Shown: positions 10,743-20,231 of the stretch, piece by piece
Layout: each line of letters begins with the position of its first letter
How positions within the stretch are numbered: the first letter of the stretch is position 1
Virus record (IMG/VR): IMGVR_UViG_3300044548_000056
Reading direction: 5' to 3' (one strand)
From: a virus
DNA: 64,000 nt
The notes under the pieces: model-generated
What the model was told of the DNA's origin: nothing
The model's database searches: none
The model's input: the letters and a program-made list of their open reading frames with translations, nothing else
Program-made: the position numbers and the translations under genes

Positions 10743-10758
10743 TTTTTCTTTACGGAAA

Positions 10759-10827
10759 TAAAGATACCGAATAACCCTCTAACAGGCTACCCGGTAGCTA
10801 ATAAGTTACTGACATTTGATGTCAGTA
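10759..10827 (-). promoter_or_regulatory. Late (packaging/tail operon) promoter: -7-like TATCTTTA (10759-10766) and palindrome TACTGACAT-TTG-ATGTCAGTA (10807-10827)
   Basis: Same palindrome and same box-to-palindrome spacing as at 147-214. Confidence 0.65.
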
Positions 10828-10930
10828 GAAAAAAATTAATCATATATTATTGGCACTTTGAGATTTATTTTACACTTTTACATAAGGAACAAAGAATCAA
10901 GTAAATCATAGCCTATCGAGATGATTATTA

Positions 10931-13273
10931 TTGAATTATAAATATATAAAATCTATGGAAACAAATTTTAGTGAAGAATACAAAAATTGGATAGAAACTT
11001 TATCTGAGCCAAACTTCAAAGAACTTGTTAAGGATTTCGTCAAAGAATATTATAACACTAAAAGTGTCTGTTTATGTGATGGTCCGTATGATGGCGGTAT
11101 TGATCTCATTATCATTAATGATAAGCAAATGGAAATTAAAAGAAACATTCAAATAACAGTACAAAGGACAGGATATAAGACAAAACTCATTAATGATCTA
11201 AAGAAGTCAAAAGAGAATGTAGATAAATATTCTTATCTTAATAAATTAGATTTCTACATCAACTCAACAATAAGTCAATCCAATATCAATAAGCTAAAAA
11301 GAGAAGCAGAAGTAGATTATCTGATTGATCTAAACATATATGATGCTAATAGGCTTGCAGAATTAGCAAATGAGTATAAATCAATCAGAAAGGCTATAGA
11401 AAAATTTCATCAACAAGCTTTTCCTAAAGAGAAAATATCAGTCGATAAAAACACTAAAATTCTCTTTGACACATTATCGCTTAATAAAGATATGACTGCT
11501 ATAAAAACGAATTTCATACAGTCACTAATTCTATCACATTTATACCAAAAGGGGCAAGCTAGTACTAAAGAGTTATACAATTCACTGAAAGATTGCTTTT
11601 TTGAAAAAGTACAAGAAAATATTATTCAATCAGAAATAGGAAAATTAAAAAAAGAAGGCAAAATCATCGACATACCTGAGAGTCAGCCAAAAAAATTCAA
11701 ATTGGTTGATAGCACAACTGAAAGAATGAAACAAATAGATGAAACAGCTCAAATGAACGAATCTATGCTTATCCATGATTTTGAAAAAATACTTAACAAA
11801 TATTCTTCTTCATTGCAGGCTAAAGAAATAGCAGAATATATAATGAAATTATATAATGCGAATTACGAAATCGATGAAAATGAGGTTCTAAAACCATTGA
11901 ATAACCATGAACAAAAAATCCAAGGTATATTCAAAAGTTTTATTTCCTATCTACAGAAGGAACATTATATTAATGAACTCAAAGCAAATGATATAGCAAG
12001 AGAATTATTAGTAGTTTGTGAGAGGAATAGCTTTCTAAACAAAGTAAGTATTTCTAAGATGTTTATGAATTTATTTAAATCTGATAAGTTAGAGGAATAT
12101 TTGAATTCTTCAAAGAGAATAATTTTCATAGATACCCAAGTCCTTTTGCAAATAATATGCTGCAAATTTGAAGAGACCAGTTACAGTGATCAATTATATA
12201 ATGCAACAAAGACATTCCTAAATACAATCCAACAATCATCAATAGACATCGAATTACATACAACAAATGAATATATTGAAGAAGTAGCATGGCACATTTT
12301 AACAGCATCTAAATTAGAAAATTTTTTAAGTCTTCCTTATATACAAGATTTAGGAAAATCTAAAAATGTCTTCTTTAACTTTTATCTTAATATAAAAGAA
12401 GAACATGAATACAATGACTTTAATGAATTTATTAATGAATTGCTTGATGTAGATATTACCCAATTATATTCAGATCAAGAAAAAGTAGATGAGTTGGTAA
12501 GTAGTTTGTTGGAGCGTTTAGATTTACTTAATATTGAAGTTAATTCTATCCCTAAATTTGAAGAGTATGATAAATATAAAAAAGAATATGAAAACACTTT
12601 AAGTTATATAAAGAATGATCAAAAATCTTATGAGGCGAGAAAACATGATTTAAATACAGTCTTATACATATCTATGTATTATGATAGTGAAGAAGGAACT
12701 TTTCCAGAGCCATTTCTTATTACTTGGGATACCTCATTCTTTGAAGTTAGAAAGTCATTCCGTAAATTCGGTTTAAATTATTGGTATTTATACCCTCCAT
12801 TAAAATTTGCAAATACTATTTCTGTCATTAATTTAAAAATAGACTCAAAAGTCATTAACTACAATATAATATCTCTTGTAGAAGAGAATTTCAATTTGTC
12901 TAATGAAAGCATTAGTTTTATTGATTTAATAAGTGAATTATTTAACGATAAGAATATTAGCGAATGGAAATTAATAGATAAACTTACAAAGCTTAGAAAA
13001 AAACTACAAGAAAATATTAAAAAAGAAGATTTCACTGCTGATCATCATAAGAATCTACCAATAGACGAGCTATTACTTTTAATGCAAAATTACTATAGAG
13101 ACCCCAATAACCATAAAAATTACAAAGATTACGTAAAAACATTCCAAAATGACGCAAATGCCGATCGAATATCTTTATTAATAGAAAATCATTTGGAAGA
13201 TTTCCAATCGAAAGAAGGTATAAATATTCTTATTATAGAGGAAATGGATAAAATAATTTCTTATAACAGATAA
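10931..13273 (+). CDS. Accessory multidomain nuclease: Mrr-like REase N-terminus, winged helix, PIN-like C-terminal half; putative defence protein
   Basis: DGPYDGGIDL...QITVQ; wHTH-like segment; IFIDTQVLL...EYIEE...HD...LITWD; visibly AT-rich and opposite in strand to neighbours; likely start ATG 10955. Confidence 0.6.
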   Translation: MNYKYIKSMETNFSEEYKNWIETLSEPNFKELVKDFVKEYYNTKSVCLCDGPYDGGIDLIIINDKQMEIKRNIQITVQRTGYKTKLINDLKKSKENVDKYSYLNKLDFYINSTISQSNINKLKREAEVDYLIDLNIYDANRLAELANEYKSIRKAIEKFHQQAFPKEKISVDKNTKILFDTLSLNKDMTAIKTNFIQSLILSHLYQKGQASTKELYNSLKDCFFEKVQENIIQSEIGKLKKEGKIIDIPESQPKKFKLVDSTTERMKQIDETAQMNESMLIHDFEKILNKYSSSLQAKEIAEYIMKLYNANYEIDENEVLKPLNNHEQKIQGIFKSFISYLQKEHYINELKANDIARELLVVCERNSFLNKVSISKMFMNLFKSDKLEEYLNSSKRIIFIDTQVLLQIICCKFEETSYSDQLYNATKTFLNTIQQSSIDIELHTTNEYIEEVAWHILTASKLENFLSLPYIQDLGKSKNVFFNFYLNIKEEHEYNDFNEFINELLDVDITQLYSDQEKVDELVSSLLERLDLLNIEVNSIPKFEEYDKYKKEYENTLSYIKNDQKSYEARKHDLNTVLYISMYYDSEEGTFPEPFLITWDTSFFEVRKSFRKFGLNYWYLYPPLKFANTISVINLKIDSKVINYNIISLVEENFNLSNESISFIDLISELFNDKNISEWKLIDKLTKLRKKLQENIKKEDFTADHHKNLPIDELLLLMQNYYRDPNNHKNYKDYVKTFQNDANADRISLLIENHLEDFQSKEGINILIIEEMDKIISYNR

Positions 13274-13290
13274 GAATATTGATGAATAGA

Positions 13291-13316
13291 CATAGGAGTA
13301 TATTAATGCTCCTATG
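13291..13316. terminator. Hairpin between convergent genes, probable bidirectional terminator
   Basis: CATAGGAG-N10-CTCCTATG perfect 8-bp stem. Confidence 0.6.
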
Positions 13317-13336
13317 CTTATTCTCATAAGTTAGCA

Positions 13337-13528
13337 TCAGTCAGACTTACTTCTTATCTGAATAAATCCCCTTCGTGCAGTTTCCTTGAGTAACTCCATA
13401 TCAGAATCTTTAATTTCACAGGGTGTTTCGCCATTGATAGACAGGTAATCCGGTATATTGAACTTCTCTCTTATTCTCTTTCGGATGATTGGCTTTGTTT
13501 CTCTTTCCCAGTAAATAGTGACCTTCAT
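13337..13528 (-). CDS. Hypothetical phage protein
   Basis: 63 aa, coupled to the DnaC-like gene, last gene of early operon. Confidence 0.65.
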   Translation of the reverse strand: MKVTIYWERETKPIIRKRIREKFNIPDYLSINGETPCEIKDSDMELLKETARRGFIQIRSKSD

Positions 13529-14106
13529 TTGCGCAGACTTTTACCGATGAAATTAACCCGCTTAGTTATGGCTACAAGCCGATCCATAGTGCGCTCTCCG
13601 TACTTCTCACTAACCTCGTTTAGAGAAAGGTTCGTTGTCACAATAAGCAATTTACCCCTCTTTTCCGCTTCATCCACTATTTCAGAGAAGGCAAGTCTTT
13701 TCTCTCCATACTTCACTGATAAGTTCTCTGTCCCAATGTCATCAATGTAAATGATATGCCTTGATTTGACAGCGTCAAGATTAGCATTCATTTGCTGGGC
13801 ATCATAACAGGAAACGATCTTGTGACAATAATAATTAAGAAGTACCGGAATTACTTTTCCACAAATCAGTGTTTTACCAAGTCCACAGTTTCCGTAACAG
13901 AATAACCCGCGCCCATCATTTGATGTCAGCCATGCCACTATTTCGTCATATTCAGGCAACCACACAGGCTGTTTGGAGAAGTAGCTTATACCCCGCCAAA
14001 GATTATTTTTTGCGTCAGGAACCCCTATATTTACCACATTGGGTACAGGATTAAAGCCTGTATCTTTCAGGTTTTCTAATGCTTGCTGAAAATTCATCGC
14101 TTCCAT
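13525..14106 (-). CDS. DnaC/IstB-like helicase loader ATPase
   Basis: Walker A GNCGLGKT, Walker B YIDDIG, TTNL and YGERTMDRL motifs. Confidence 0.88.
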   Translation of the reverse strand: MEAMNFQQALENLKDTGFNPVPNVVNIGVPDAKNNLWRGISYFSKQPVWLPEYDEIVAWLTSNDGRGLFCYGNCGLGKTLICGKVIPVLLNYYCHKIVSCYDAQQMNANLDAVKSRHIIYIDDIGTENLSVKYGEKRLAFSEIVDEAEKRGKLLIVTTNLSLNEVSEKYGERTMDRLVAITKRVNFIGKSLRK

Positions 14107-14972
14107 TTTTCATCATCATTTGAATATTTGTCAACTGAATTGTCTTTAAGGACAATGCCGACATCAGGCTTGCCAGAATGAACCTTTTTAGCCTGCGAAA
14201 CGATCTCGTTAAACTTTGAATTGATATTAGTTACGCTGAAATTCTCAAATATCCATCCCTCTTTGATTTGGGAAAGGAAGTATTTAAGCGCGTACAAAAC
14301 AGAATCATCATCCACGGGCAAGTTCTTTTGCTCTCGTGAAAATGTAAGTTTCTTAAGTAGTTGAGACATTGCACCGGCATCTTTGGCCGTCCAGTAGTAA
14401 GTATCGGAAAAAGTACTCTTAAAGTGTTCCTCAAAAATTGCACGGGCATTTTGATTGATCGACTTAGGTGCACTATTTTTTTTCTTACCTCCCCCTTTAG
14501 GGGGTGTGGGGGTTATATTATTCTTATCTACTTTACTTTCCTTTTCTTTTCTTGTTATAGTTTCAAGTGGTTTTGTTATAACATTGTTATCGGTTTCAGA
14601 TAGCTTTGTTATTGATTTAGCATTTTTCCATCTCGAACTCATTCCTTTTATTCCGGCTTCTGAACGTTTCTTGCTTTTCTCGTCTTTTAAAACCATTCTC
14701 TTTTTAAAGCTTTCGGAGTAGAAGTACTTACCATCTTCGGTAAAGACAAATAACCCAAAATCTTCTATAACTGATTTTACTTTTTCCGTACTGACACGAA
14801 AATCAAAGGCTATCATATTATAATCTTTGATGCTCATGTATTCAGGTTCTTCTCTTAGACGTTCCAAAAGCATGAAATATATTCCATAGCCTTCAACTCC
14901 GAACTTCATCCTTAAATTGATGATCTTATCGGAGTTTCTTGCATTACTGTCATGAGAAAAATAGTTATTCAT
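14094..14972 (-). CDS. Phage replication initiator (DUF4373/Lin1244-like N-terminus)
   Basis: NYFSHDSNAR...GYGIYFMLLERL N-terminus; internal iterons; upstream of loader. Confidence 0.8.
   Translation of the reverse strand: MNNYFSHDSNARNSDKIINLRMKFGVEGYGIYFMLLERLREEPEYMSIKDYNMIAFDFRVSTEKVKSVIEDFGLFVFTEDGKYFYSESFKKRMVLKDEKSKKRSEAGIKGMSSRWKNAKSITKLSETDNNVITKPLETITRKEKESKVDKNNITPTPPKGGGKKKNSAPKSINQNARAIFEEHFKSTFSDTYYWTAKDAGAMSQLLKKLTFSREQKNLPVDDDSVLYALKYFLSQIKEGWIFENFSVTNINSKFNEIVSQAKKVHSGKPDVGIVLKDNSVDKYSNDDEKWKR
14552..14612. repeat. Iterons of the probable phage replication origin
   Basis: TTGTTAT at 14552, 14573, 14584 and 14606 (spacings 21, 11, 22), next to a pyrimidine/AT tract, inside the initiator gene. 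Confidence 0.65.
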
Positions 14973-15054
14973 GTAATTTCTTCCATTTAATAAACTCTTC
15001 TATTAATTTGTCTTTTTTCTGCCTATTGCATTTTCTACATGAAACATTCTTATT
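14965..15054 (-). pseudogene. 3' remnant of an HNH endonuclease-like gene
   Basis: Start-less frame reads NKNVSCRKCNRQKKDKLIEEFIKWKKLHE*, with the stop overlapping the initiator start. Confidence 0.45.
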
Positions 15055-15400
15055 TTAGATAGGAATTTACTTCATTCATAAACTCTTCCAGAGAACGGCA
15101 AACAACGTATTTATTATTGGCCCTTTCGGCATCATGCTGCCATACCTTTTGTTCATCACTCTGTTTGCCTTTGGGTGTTTTCATCTCTATACAAAGAGAA
15201 GCATATCCTTTCTTGGGAACTAAAAGTATTAAGTCTGCAACACCACGTATGCAGCCTTCATGTTTCATCATAGCCCCGGTCTTTGGATCACGTTTACCAC
15301 CATTAGGCACGGAAAACAAAAGCCGGGAAAGAAAAGGATATTGAAACCGGAACCACTGCAAGCAACTATGCTGCATCCTACTTTCTAATTGATTCATCAT
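15050..15400 (-). CDS. VRR-NUC domain nuclease (Holliday junction resolvase-like)
   Basis: SVPNGGKR...GVADLILL...IEMKTPKGKQSDEQK. Confidence 0.9.
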   Translation of the reverse strand: MMNQLESRMQHSCLQWFRFQYPFLSRLLFSVPNGGKRDPKTGAMMKHEGCIRGVADLILLVPKKGYASLCIEMKTPKGKQSDEQKVWQHDAERANNKYVVCRSLEEFMNEVNSYLK

Positions 15401-17085
15401 AATTTTCCTTTAAATAAATCCATAGCCATATCAACTATATTTTCTTTTACCACATCATCCGTACCGGTTACGCCATTAGCGATATTCTTTTTAGATTGGA
15501 TGATTTTATACATGTATTCATCAATGGTTTCCTTACCAAGAAAGTAGTAGCAATTCACATTATTCTTTTGTCCATTACGGTGCGCTCTGTCCTCTGCCTG
15601 TTCACAATCGGAGAATGTCCAGGGAAATTCAACGAATGCCACACGGCTGGCCGCAGTCAATGTCAAACCCGTACCACCGGACTTATAGTTCAGTATAATA
15701 AGTTTGCAATCCGGGTTATCCTGAAACTGATCGACAGCATACTGCTTTTGCGTTGCATTATCATCGCCAGTTACCGTAACGGCTTTAGGGAATAACTTTT
15801 TCAACTCTTTCACTACATCTTTGAGGTAAGCAAAGACAATTAGTTTCTCTCCACCATCAATAACATCATGTATGAAATCGGCAGCTTGCTTAATCTTTCC
15901 ACGGGCTGAAATATCTTTCAGAATACCCATCTTCACCATTACTTCACCACGCAATGACTTGGCAATCTTTTCATCATCCGCTTTTTTATAATTACGCAGA
16001 TAACTAATAAGATCATTCTCTGCCCTTTGGTATTCCAACCGTGTTGTTATATCCACTTCCAAATACTGGCGTGTTTTATCCGGGAGTTGAGTTAAAACTT
16101 TAGCTTTCTCGCGTCGAAAGAAACACGTTTTCCATAAACGCCAATTCAACTCTTTCAGGTTGGATGCTCTTTTAGGTCCATCACAGTATCTTTTCACAAA
16201 ATGGGAGTAACCCCCGAAATCTTCCAAGCGTCCCATGATTTTTAATTGCTGTATCAAATCGGTATTATCATTGACAACCGGTGTACCCGTCAGTTCAAGA
16301 ATAAACTCTTTCTCTTTACAAATACCTTCTACAAACTTACTTTGCTGCGTTTTGGTAGATTTACACTTGTGACTTTCGTCTATGATAACCGAACGGAAAA
16401 GAGAAATACGCGGGTCAAAAGCAATGGACTTCATCGTAAACCGGGTATCGTTCTTTACGTTAAGCACAAAGAACTTCTTTAGGCTTTCATAATTCGTAAT
16501 GTAAATATCACAGCAACGCGCTTCATAAAAGCGTTGCCATGAGTTTCTGTTTTTATCATCAAGGATAAGAGCCTGTTTCCCGGCAAACTTTTTAAATTCA
16601 CGTTGCCAATTGATTTTTAACGAAGCCGGACAAATGACAAGGCACGGATACGCCTTAGCTATCGTAACCGTGCCTATTGCCTGACATGTCTTGCCCAACC
16701 CCGGTTGGTCCCCTAAAATACATCGTTTATGTATCAATGAATATGCAATCCCTTCTTTCTGGTAATCGTATGGATCAATCTTCAATCCATGCGGAACGGT
16801 CAATTTAGGCATTTCCGATATGGAGTAGTCTACATTCCTTCTCGTCTGTTCAAAACGCTGCACAGAGCCACAATAGCCACGATTCACCGCCCACTCGGCC
16901 ATTCTTTCAACATACCATGCATCAGCAAGTGAAACCATCCATGATTTTTCATCAAAAAGATACGCTTTCTTTACGTCGGCCCTCACGGATGGGATTTTCT
17001 TCACACACTCCACAAGTGTGGGGTGATACATAAACTTCAATTTGAAACCGTCCGGACATTTGGTAATACAAAAAGGAGCTGCCAT
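15397..17085 (-). CDS. SNF2/DEAD-like helicase (HARP-type)
   Basis: DQPGLGKT, IIDESH, LTGTP, GGTGLTLT, QAEDRAHRNGQ. Confidence 0.92.
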   Translation of the reverse strand: MAAPFCITKCPDGFKLKFMYHPTLVECVKKIPSVRADVKKAYLFDEKSWMVSLADAWYVERMAEWAVNRGYCGSVQRFEQTRRNVDYSISEMPKLTVPHGLKIDPYDYQKEGIAYSLIHKRCILGDQPGLGKTCQAIGTVTIAKAYPCLVICPASLKINWQREFKKFAGKQALILDDKNRNSWQRFYEARCCDIYITNYESLKKFFVLNVKNDTRFTMKSIAFDPRISLFRSVIIDESHKCKSTKTQQSKFVEGICKEKEFILELTGTPVVNDNTDLIQQLKIMGRLEDFGGYSHFVKRYCDGPKRASNLKELNWRLWKTCFFRREKAKVLTQLPDKTRQYLEVDITTRLEYQRAENDLISYLRNYKKADDEKIAKSLRGEVMVKMGILKDISARGKIKQAADFIHDVIDGGEKLIVFAYLKDVVKELKKLFPKAVTVTGDDNATQKQYAVDQFQDNPDCKLIILNYKSGGTGLTLTAASRVAFVEFPWTFSDCEQAEDRAHRNGQKNNVNCYYFLGKETIDEYMYKIIQSKKNIANGVTGTDDVVKENIVDMAMDLFKGKL

Positions 17086-17723
17086 TATGCTACTGTCTTC
17101 TCACATTTCTTATGGGTACGACGCGTTTTTATCTGTTTCCCATTAATCTTTATCGTAGTTCCTGTCTGTTCACAAAGATCAGCCAAAGCGTCCACATTCA
17201 AATCATCGACTTTATCCGGGAAAGGATTGTCTTCACTGGATGATTCCTCGTTTTGAAATGGAAGTTCCTGTTGGACAATGGCCCATTTCTTTGCAGTCAA
17301 ATATTGATTTACCTCATAGTTACATGCCTCTATCGCCTGTTGTAATTCAAAAGCAAATGGATATTCTTCATTTTCGTTATTGAACATCGTAAACGGAGCA
17401 TTCAAATTCAAAACCTTCTTACTCTTCAGAAAACGTTTTCCTGTTAATGTAGTTCCTTCGTTATCATCCGATCCGCCTATGCTATATCCGCTAACTTCAA
17501 ACGTCGTTGAAACAGTATCGGGAAGTTCATCCAATGATTCTTTCTTATCCGCTTCCTTTTGTTCGCAAAGAAAAGCAAGATGCGGAATGAGATCATCAAA
17601 TGCAGCTCGCATATCTTTATGGATGATATTCTTTCCCTCAATGGTAACCGTATCCTCATTTTCATTCTTGAATACTGCTTCCAAAGTATTCTCTTTTGTG
17701 ATTTTTGCTTTTATAATTTCCAT
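17085..17723 (-). CDS. Hypothetical phage protein
   Basis: 212 aa, coupled in early operon. Confidence 0.75.
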   Translation of the reverse strand: MEIIKAKITKENTLEAVFKNENEDTVTIEGKNIIHKDMRAAFDDLIPHLAFLCEQKEADKKESLDELPDTVSTTFEVSGYSIGGSDDNEGTTLTGKRFLKSKKVLNLNAPFTMFNNENEEYPFAFELQQAIEACNYEVNQYLTAKKWAIVQQELPFQNEESSSEDNPFPDKVDDLNVDALADLCEQTGTTIKINGKQIKTRRTHKKCEKTVA

Positions 17724-17727
17724 TTTA

Positions 17728-18153
17728 CTATCTCTTGTATTTATACTCGTTAATAAACTCTTGATAAAAACGATCAGCCGGGAGAGGAAGGGTTATTCCC
17801 AATTCGGCAGCAACATCCGCCTGCACTTTATTCAAAAAGTCAGTCATCTGCACTGTATTTAGTTTCGATGTGCTCCCGGTTATAATCGTTTCGTTTCCTT
17901 TTATATATGAAGTTCTCCTAAGAAAGCGGTTGCAATAATAATCATGGGTATCCTGTTTGTCCTGTCCCGTTTCATCTTCAATACAGGTAAACCAAAGCCA
18001 CATAAGCGCATTCTGTGATAGTGTGCGCGGCTCTGTATATCGTTCTATCTTTAACCGATACTTGCCATTATGAAGCTGGGAGCACATGAAATCAAATGAT
18101 TTGCTCATTTGTATTTCACCATCTTTCTTTGTTAGGATTGCTTCTTGGTTCAT
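17728..18153 (-). CDS. NinB/Orf-like recombination accessory protein
   Basis: RTLSQNALMWLW...STSKLNTVQMTDFLNKV resembles the NinB/YbcN family. Confidence 0.6.
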   Translation of the reverse strand: MNQEAILTKKDGEIQMSKSFDFMCSQLHNGKYRLKIERYTEPRTLSQNALMWLWFTCIEDETGQDKQDTHDYYCNRFLRRTSYIKGNETIITGSTSKLNTVQMTDFLNKVQADVAAELGITLPLPADRFYQEFINEYKYKR

Positions 18154-18968
18154 TCCTCTGCAAATATTTTCTTATCAGTTATCAATGCTTTGTTTACCTC
18201 CAGAAACGTGATAAACTTCTCACAGTGTGCTGTAAGTAACCTCACTGACTGCTCGTGATTGTAAGTGTAATATTCCGGGTATTGAGTACCACTGATTAGA
18301 GGTGTTCTGCTTGTACCACCTTTTATTTGATAGGCCGTATATTCAAAAGCCTTTATGCTATCCATCTGACCGGAAGCAATCAAACAATAAGGATATACAT
18401 GCCTCTGCCAACCATGCTCATATTTGCCAAAATCGTATTTCGAGGTGGCTTTAATATCATACACCGTATCCCGGCGCAGTTCATCTATATACCCGTATAG
18501 CTCGACATCTCCGTACTGTGTAGAAAGCATCGCTTTAACAAATACCTGTGAGAGAGAATCAGCGAAATATCGTGCTTGCTCTATACACCAAGACCGATCA
18601 AATAAGAAGTTTCTTTCCGGTGCAATATCTGTTTTAGGGAAATAGGCCTGAACTGTATTTGCCTCTGTGTTATCAACTATTTGATAGGGATTACGCTTAT
18701 CAGGAACATGCTTCTTATTATGTACATAACAGTCAATAATAGCATTGAATGCTGTTCCCTTATCAGCCGCTTCACTTTCAAACGGTACACGATTGATTCC
18801 ATTAATAAGGTCTTGTTTCAGTTCGGCTTCTATTTCTGCCGGAGAGCGTTTATACTCTCCGGTTTCCCTATCTATATTCCAAAACTCTTCAACCTCTTCA
18901 TCTGCCCGCAAATACTTTTCAAATTTATCAAGCAGCGAAGGATAAAACTTATAATTAGGCTGCTTCAT
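18150..18968 (-). CDS. PD-(D/E)XK exonuclease-like recombination protein
   Basis: GTAFN, LYGYIDEL...YDIKAT, WQRHVY motifs; next to Sak4-like ATPase. Confidence 0.7.
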   Translation of the reverse strand: MKQPNYKFYPSLLDKFEKYLRADEEVEEFWNIDRETGEYKRSPAEIEAELKQDLINGINRVPFESEAADKGTAFNAIIDCYVHNKKHVPDKRNPYQIVDNTEANTVQAYFPKTDIAPERNFLFDRSWCIEQARYFADSLSQVFVKAMLSTQYGDVELYGYIDELRRDTVYDIKATSKYDFGKYEHGWQRHVYPYCLIASGQMDSIKAFEYTAYQIKGGTSRTPLISGTQYPEYYTYNHEQSVRLLTAHCEKFITFLEVNKALITDKKIFAEE

Positions 18969-19890
18969 ATAGCTTTGTTTTAGGATTGAACTTTAATCCA
19001 AGTGATTTACACTTATCATTAAGAAGATGCCCGGCACGTACCTTACTATCAAAGATATGCTCCATTGAAGCTATTGCTTCTTTGGCATCATTGGCAGACT
19101 GCAAGTCAGTAACCAATTCGATTGTGTCCTGAATGGATTCCAAAACACTTTCATAATCAGAAGATAACTCGGTTTGTTTCTCCTGATATTCTTTATAGAT
19201 ATGAATAATCTTAGCCATAAAATCATTCTGTCCTGTAACCGTACCATTCTCGTCAATAATCACTGGAATTTTTATGCGCGATGGTAAGTTACAGGTATTC
19301 TTACCATAGAATTTTTCGCATGGGTCAAAAGAAATTGTTCTATCCTTTCCGATGGCCTCCATGTAACCAACAAGGTCAAGCTCTTTAATCAAATCACCCG
19401 CAGAGGAACCGCTAATCTCCGGGCGTATCTGCTTTTCATCTCCGACCTTCTCTTCACGTTCATGGGCTACAAAAACCACAGATTTGCCCATGAGAGTGAC
19501 TTGATTAACGAAGTTAATAAACATGTTCTTTCTCACCCCATAGCCTTGCAAAGACAGTGTACCATCCGACTTACGCATTTTCGGATTGGTCTGCATGATA
19601 TACTTATCCATAAAGGAAAGCATCTTCCCGGCCGTATCAATCACGATCGTGTCGAACTCTTTAATATCATCCGAAGAGAGCACTTGATTTGTTTCCTCCC
19701 ATGAAGTGATTTGTACCGTTGGAACACGATGTGCAGCGTTGACACGATGAATGCCACCATCGTAATCAAATAAAACCGGATTGGGAGCACTCAAAGCGAG
19801 TGTCGTTTTTCCCATACCCGGCTGCCCATAGATCAGTGCTGACAAAGTAGTCTTAACGGTCAGCTCGTTAGGTTTTTTAATTAATCCCAT
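18955..19890 (-). CDS. Sak4-like AAA ATPase (single-strand annealing recombinase)
   Basis: YGQPGMGKTT, IVIDT, FVAHERE motifs. Confidence 0.85.
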   Translation of the reverse strand: MGLIKKPNELTVKTTLSALIYGQPGMGKTTLALSAPNPVLFDYDGGIHRVNAAHRVPTVQITSWEETNQVLSSDDIKEFDTIVIDTAGKMLSFMDKYIMQTNPKMRKSDGTLSLQGYGVRKNMFINFVNQVTLMGKSVVFVAHEREEKVGDEKQIRPEISGSSAGDLIKELDLVGYMEAIGKDRTISFDPCEKFYGKNTCNLPSRIKIPVIIDENGTVTGQNDFMAKIIHIYKEYQEKQTELSSDYESVLESIQDTIELVTDLQSANDAKEAIASMEHIFDSKVRAGHLLNDKCKSLGLKFNPKTKLYEAA

Positions 19891-20085
19891 AATGATAAAA
19901 TTTTAGGTGAATAAAAAAATAGTTCCCGGATACCGAACCAACGGACACCGGGAGATTACACATCGAACAGAATATAAAACTTAAATATAGGGGCCATCCC
20001 TACGGTGTCCTTTCCACCGGCATAATTAAATGATTAATAAAAATTTAGTTTGAATTATGTAAATGCTTCCTCCGCCGAGGTTTTG

Positions 20086-20196
20086 TGGGGTAGCCGGGAC
20101 TCGAACCCGGAGTGCTGTTCCGTCTGCTAATAGGCGGCGAATCTTTGTCATATCATCGCTTTACGGTGACTAAATCCAACCTTTCGCCACTACCCC
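20086..20196 (-). ncRNA. tRNA-like RNA with intact acceptor stem and T arm and a non-canonical core
   Basis: GGGGTAG/CTACCCC-A acceptor, CCGGG-TTCGAGT-CCCGG T arm; 111 nt; no 5-bp/7-nt anticodon arm. Confidence 0.65.
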
Positions 20197-20231
20197 GTTT
20201 TTGCCGTCTTTCCGGCTGCTACTACCCAATC

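Noticed and set aside
20086-20196. Annotation as a functional decoding tRNA
   Set aside because: No canonical anticodon stem-loop could be drawn; reported as tRNA-like instead
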